Origin: Candidatus Kapaibacterium sp.
GTDB lineage: Bacteria; Bacteroidota; Ignavibacteria; Kapaibacteriales; UBA2268
Assembly: GCA_938031175.1 (NCBI GenBank)
Contig: CALHGZ010000004.1
Span: 67,635-131,634 of the forward strand
Direction: 5' to 3'
Length of the DNA: 64,000 nt
Notes under the pieces: generated by a model
What the model saw: only the letters and a program-made list of their open reading frames with translations
The model's database searches: none
Told to the model about the DNA's origin: nothing
Program-made: the position numbers and the translations under genes
Shown here: positions 63,104-64,000 of the stretch, piece by piece
Position numbering within the stretch: position 1 is the stretch's first letter
How the letters are laid out: each line of letters starts with the position of its first letter

Positions 63104-64000
63104 TTAATCTATTTTTTCCAATTCTTTATATTTTGAATTATCTATTAAATTTCTATTGATCCTGTACTTTTTTATATTAGATATACCAATTAATGAAATA
63201 ATTTTTTTTGAAAAGATTATAATTATAGTCGCGGTAATAATGATAGCATAAATAAAATTATCTGTTATTAATATTAATAGTACGATCGAACTATATAATA
63301 TAAAAAGGCTATTTTCAGGAATTCTAAAATTTGGTCTGATTACGAAACCATTTAAATATATCGTATGATTATTATTCAAAAATTTTTTCAGGAAGTATAA
63401 AACACCGAAAATCAGTGGTAACAAGACAAGTAGTATGTTAATAGTAAAATAATGTGTTAAATTACTTGATGGGATTGAATACATAATGAATTTTATAGCG
63501 ACTAAACCACCAATTAACATAGACAGGGCGCTTCCGGGGAGTAGTTTGGCTGGAAATTTCATATATTTTTTAATAGCGAGGAGAATCCCTATCAAAGAGA
63601 ATGTAACTGATATTTGGTTATATTCTTTAATTTTTAGAAATAAAAGACAATACGCAACTAAAACAAGGATTGAGATTGATATTGCAAGTCCCCCATTTTC
63701 CTTTATTTCATTAAATACATAAATAATTGCGGTAGCTATTACAATTGTCAAAATTAGATATAGCGGATTAAATGAAAAATCATAATTAAGATAAATATAA
63801 ATAGAATTAATAATCAACAATATTAACAATGGAATTTTTCTTTTGGTTAAATCTATTAAAAAGCCCATTAATGCGAGTATGCAAAGGTAAAGGATATTTT
63901 CTATATTTAAATATCCTGATGGTAAAACAAAGAAGTTAAATACTAAAGTGAAAATTACTGAAATAGCAGCTAAAACAGGTATTTTTTCGTGATATAAGAA
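63104..64000 (-). CDS. Polytopic membrane protein, N-terminus beyond window (partial)
   Basis: Highly hydrophobic. The reading frame stays open upstream of the first Met (63868) to the window edge. Confidence 0.35.
   Translation of the reverse strand, partial: FLYHEKIPVLAAISVIFTLVFNFFVLPSGYLNIENILYLCILALMGFLIDLTKRKIPLLILLIINSIYIYLNYDFSFNPLYLILTIVIATAIIYVFNEIKENGGLAISISILVLVAYCLLFLKIKEYNQISVTFSLIGILLAIKKYMKFPAKLLPGSALSMLIGGLVAIKFIMYSIPSSNLTHYFTINILLVLLPLIFGVLYFLKKFLNNNHTIYLNGFVIRPNFRIPENSLFILYSSIVLLILITDNFIYAIIITATIIIIFSKKIISLIGISNIKKYRINRNLIDNSKYKELEKID

Overview
This is a low-GC (about one-third G+C), gene-dense chromosomal window with roughly 50 genes on both strands. I found no mobile elements, rRNA/tRNA genes or CRISPR arrays.

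Four large secreted proteins (24071..26431, 34797..37088, 37144..39606, 41986..44601) end in Por/type IX secretion system (T9SS) C-terminal sorting domains. The groES-groEL operon carries a perfect CIRCE operator (the HrcA-repressor binding site of heat-shock operons). A four-gene flagellar module (fliL/fliM/fliN/fliO-like) is present. Together these suggest an FCB-group bacterium, possibly Ignavibacteria-like; that assignment is inference only.

Identifiable content, in window order:
- An outer-membrane β-barrel / FetAB-like ABC exporter / monothiol thioredoxin-fold operon.
- rplS (ribosomal protein L19) followed by a clean intrinsic terminator.
- An LPS inner-core cluster: one family-2 glycosyltransferase (GT2), three translationally coupled tandem family-9 glycosyltransferase (GT9) heptosyltransferase paralogs, and an SMR/Gdx exporter.
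- A cupin / DUF438 / DUF1858 sensor-like cluster.
- A 1803-aa thioester-containing alpha-2-macroglobulin lipoprotein co-oriented with a PmbA/TldD metalloprotease pair; only TldD has a Tat signal.
- Methionine gamma-lyase-like PLP enzyme and a di-haem cytochrome c peroxidase.
- A large block of T9SS cargo proteins, including two tandem paralogs and an 8x FN3-like repeat protein.
- A class II photolyase with NifU-like and zinc-ribbon partners.
- UDP-glucose 6-dehydrogenase, then an orphan fliLMNO module.
- YihA/EngB, an orphan UmuD-like S24 peptidase, DUF58, and an O-methyltransferase.
- An FtsL-like / TSUP permease / PBP transpeptidase operon outside a classical dcw (division and cell wall) cluster context.
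- rho, glnA, a YfhO-family membrane protein and an aspartate kinase.

I could not identify an obviously novel self-contained system such as a defence island. The candidates most worth follow-up are the A2M / secreted TldD-PmbA module, the FtsL-TSUP-PBP operon, the truncated flagellar module, and the clustered T9SS cargo paralogs. All calls rest on reading the translated ORFs and the DNA by eye; no searches were run.
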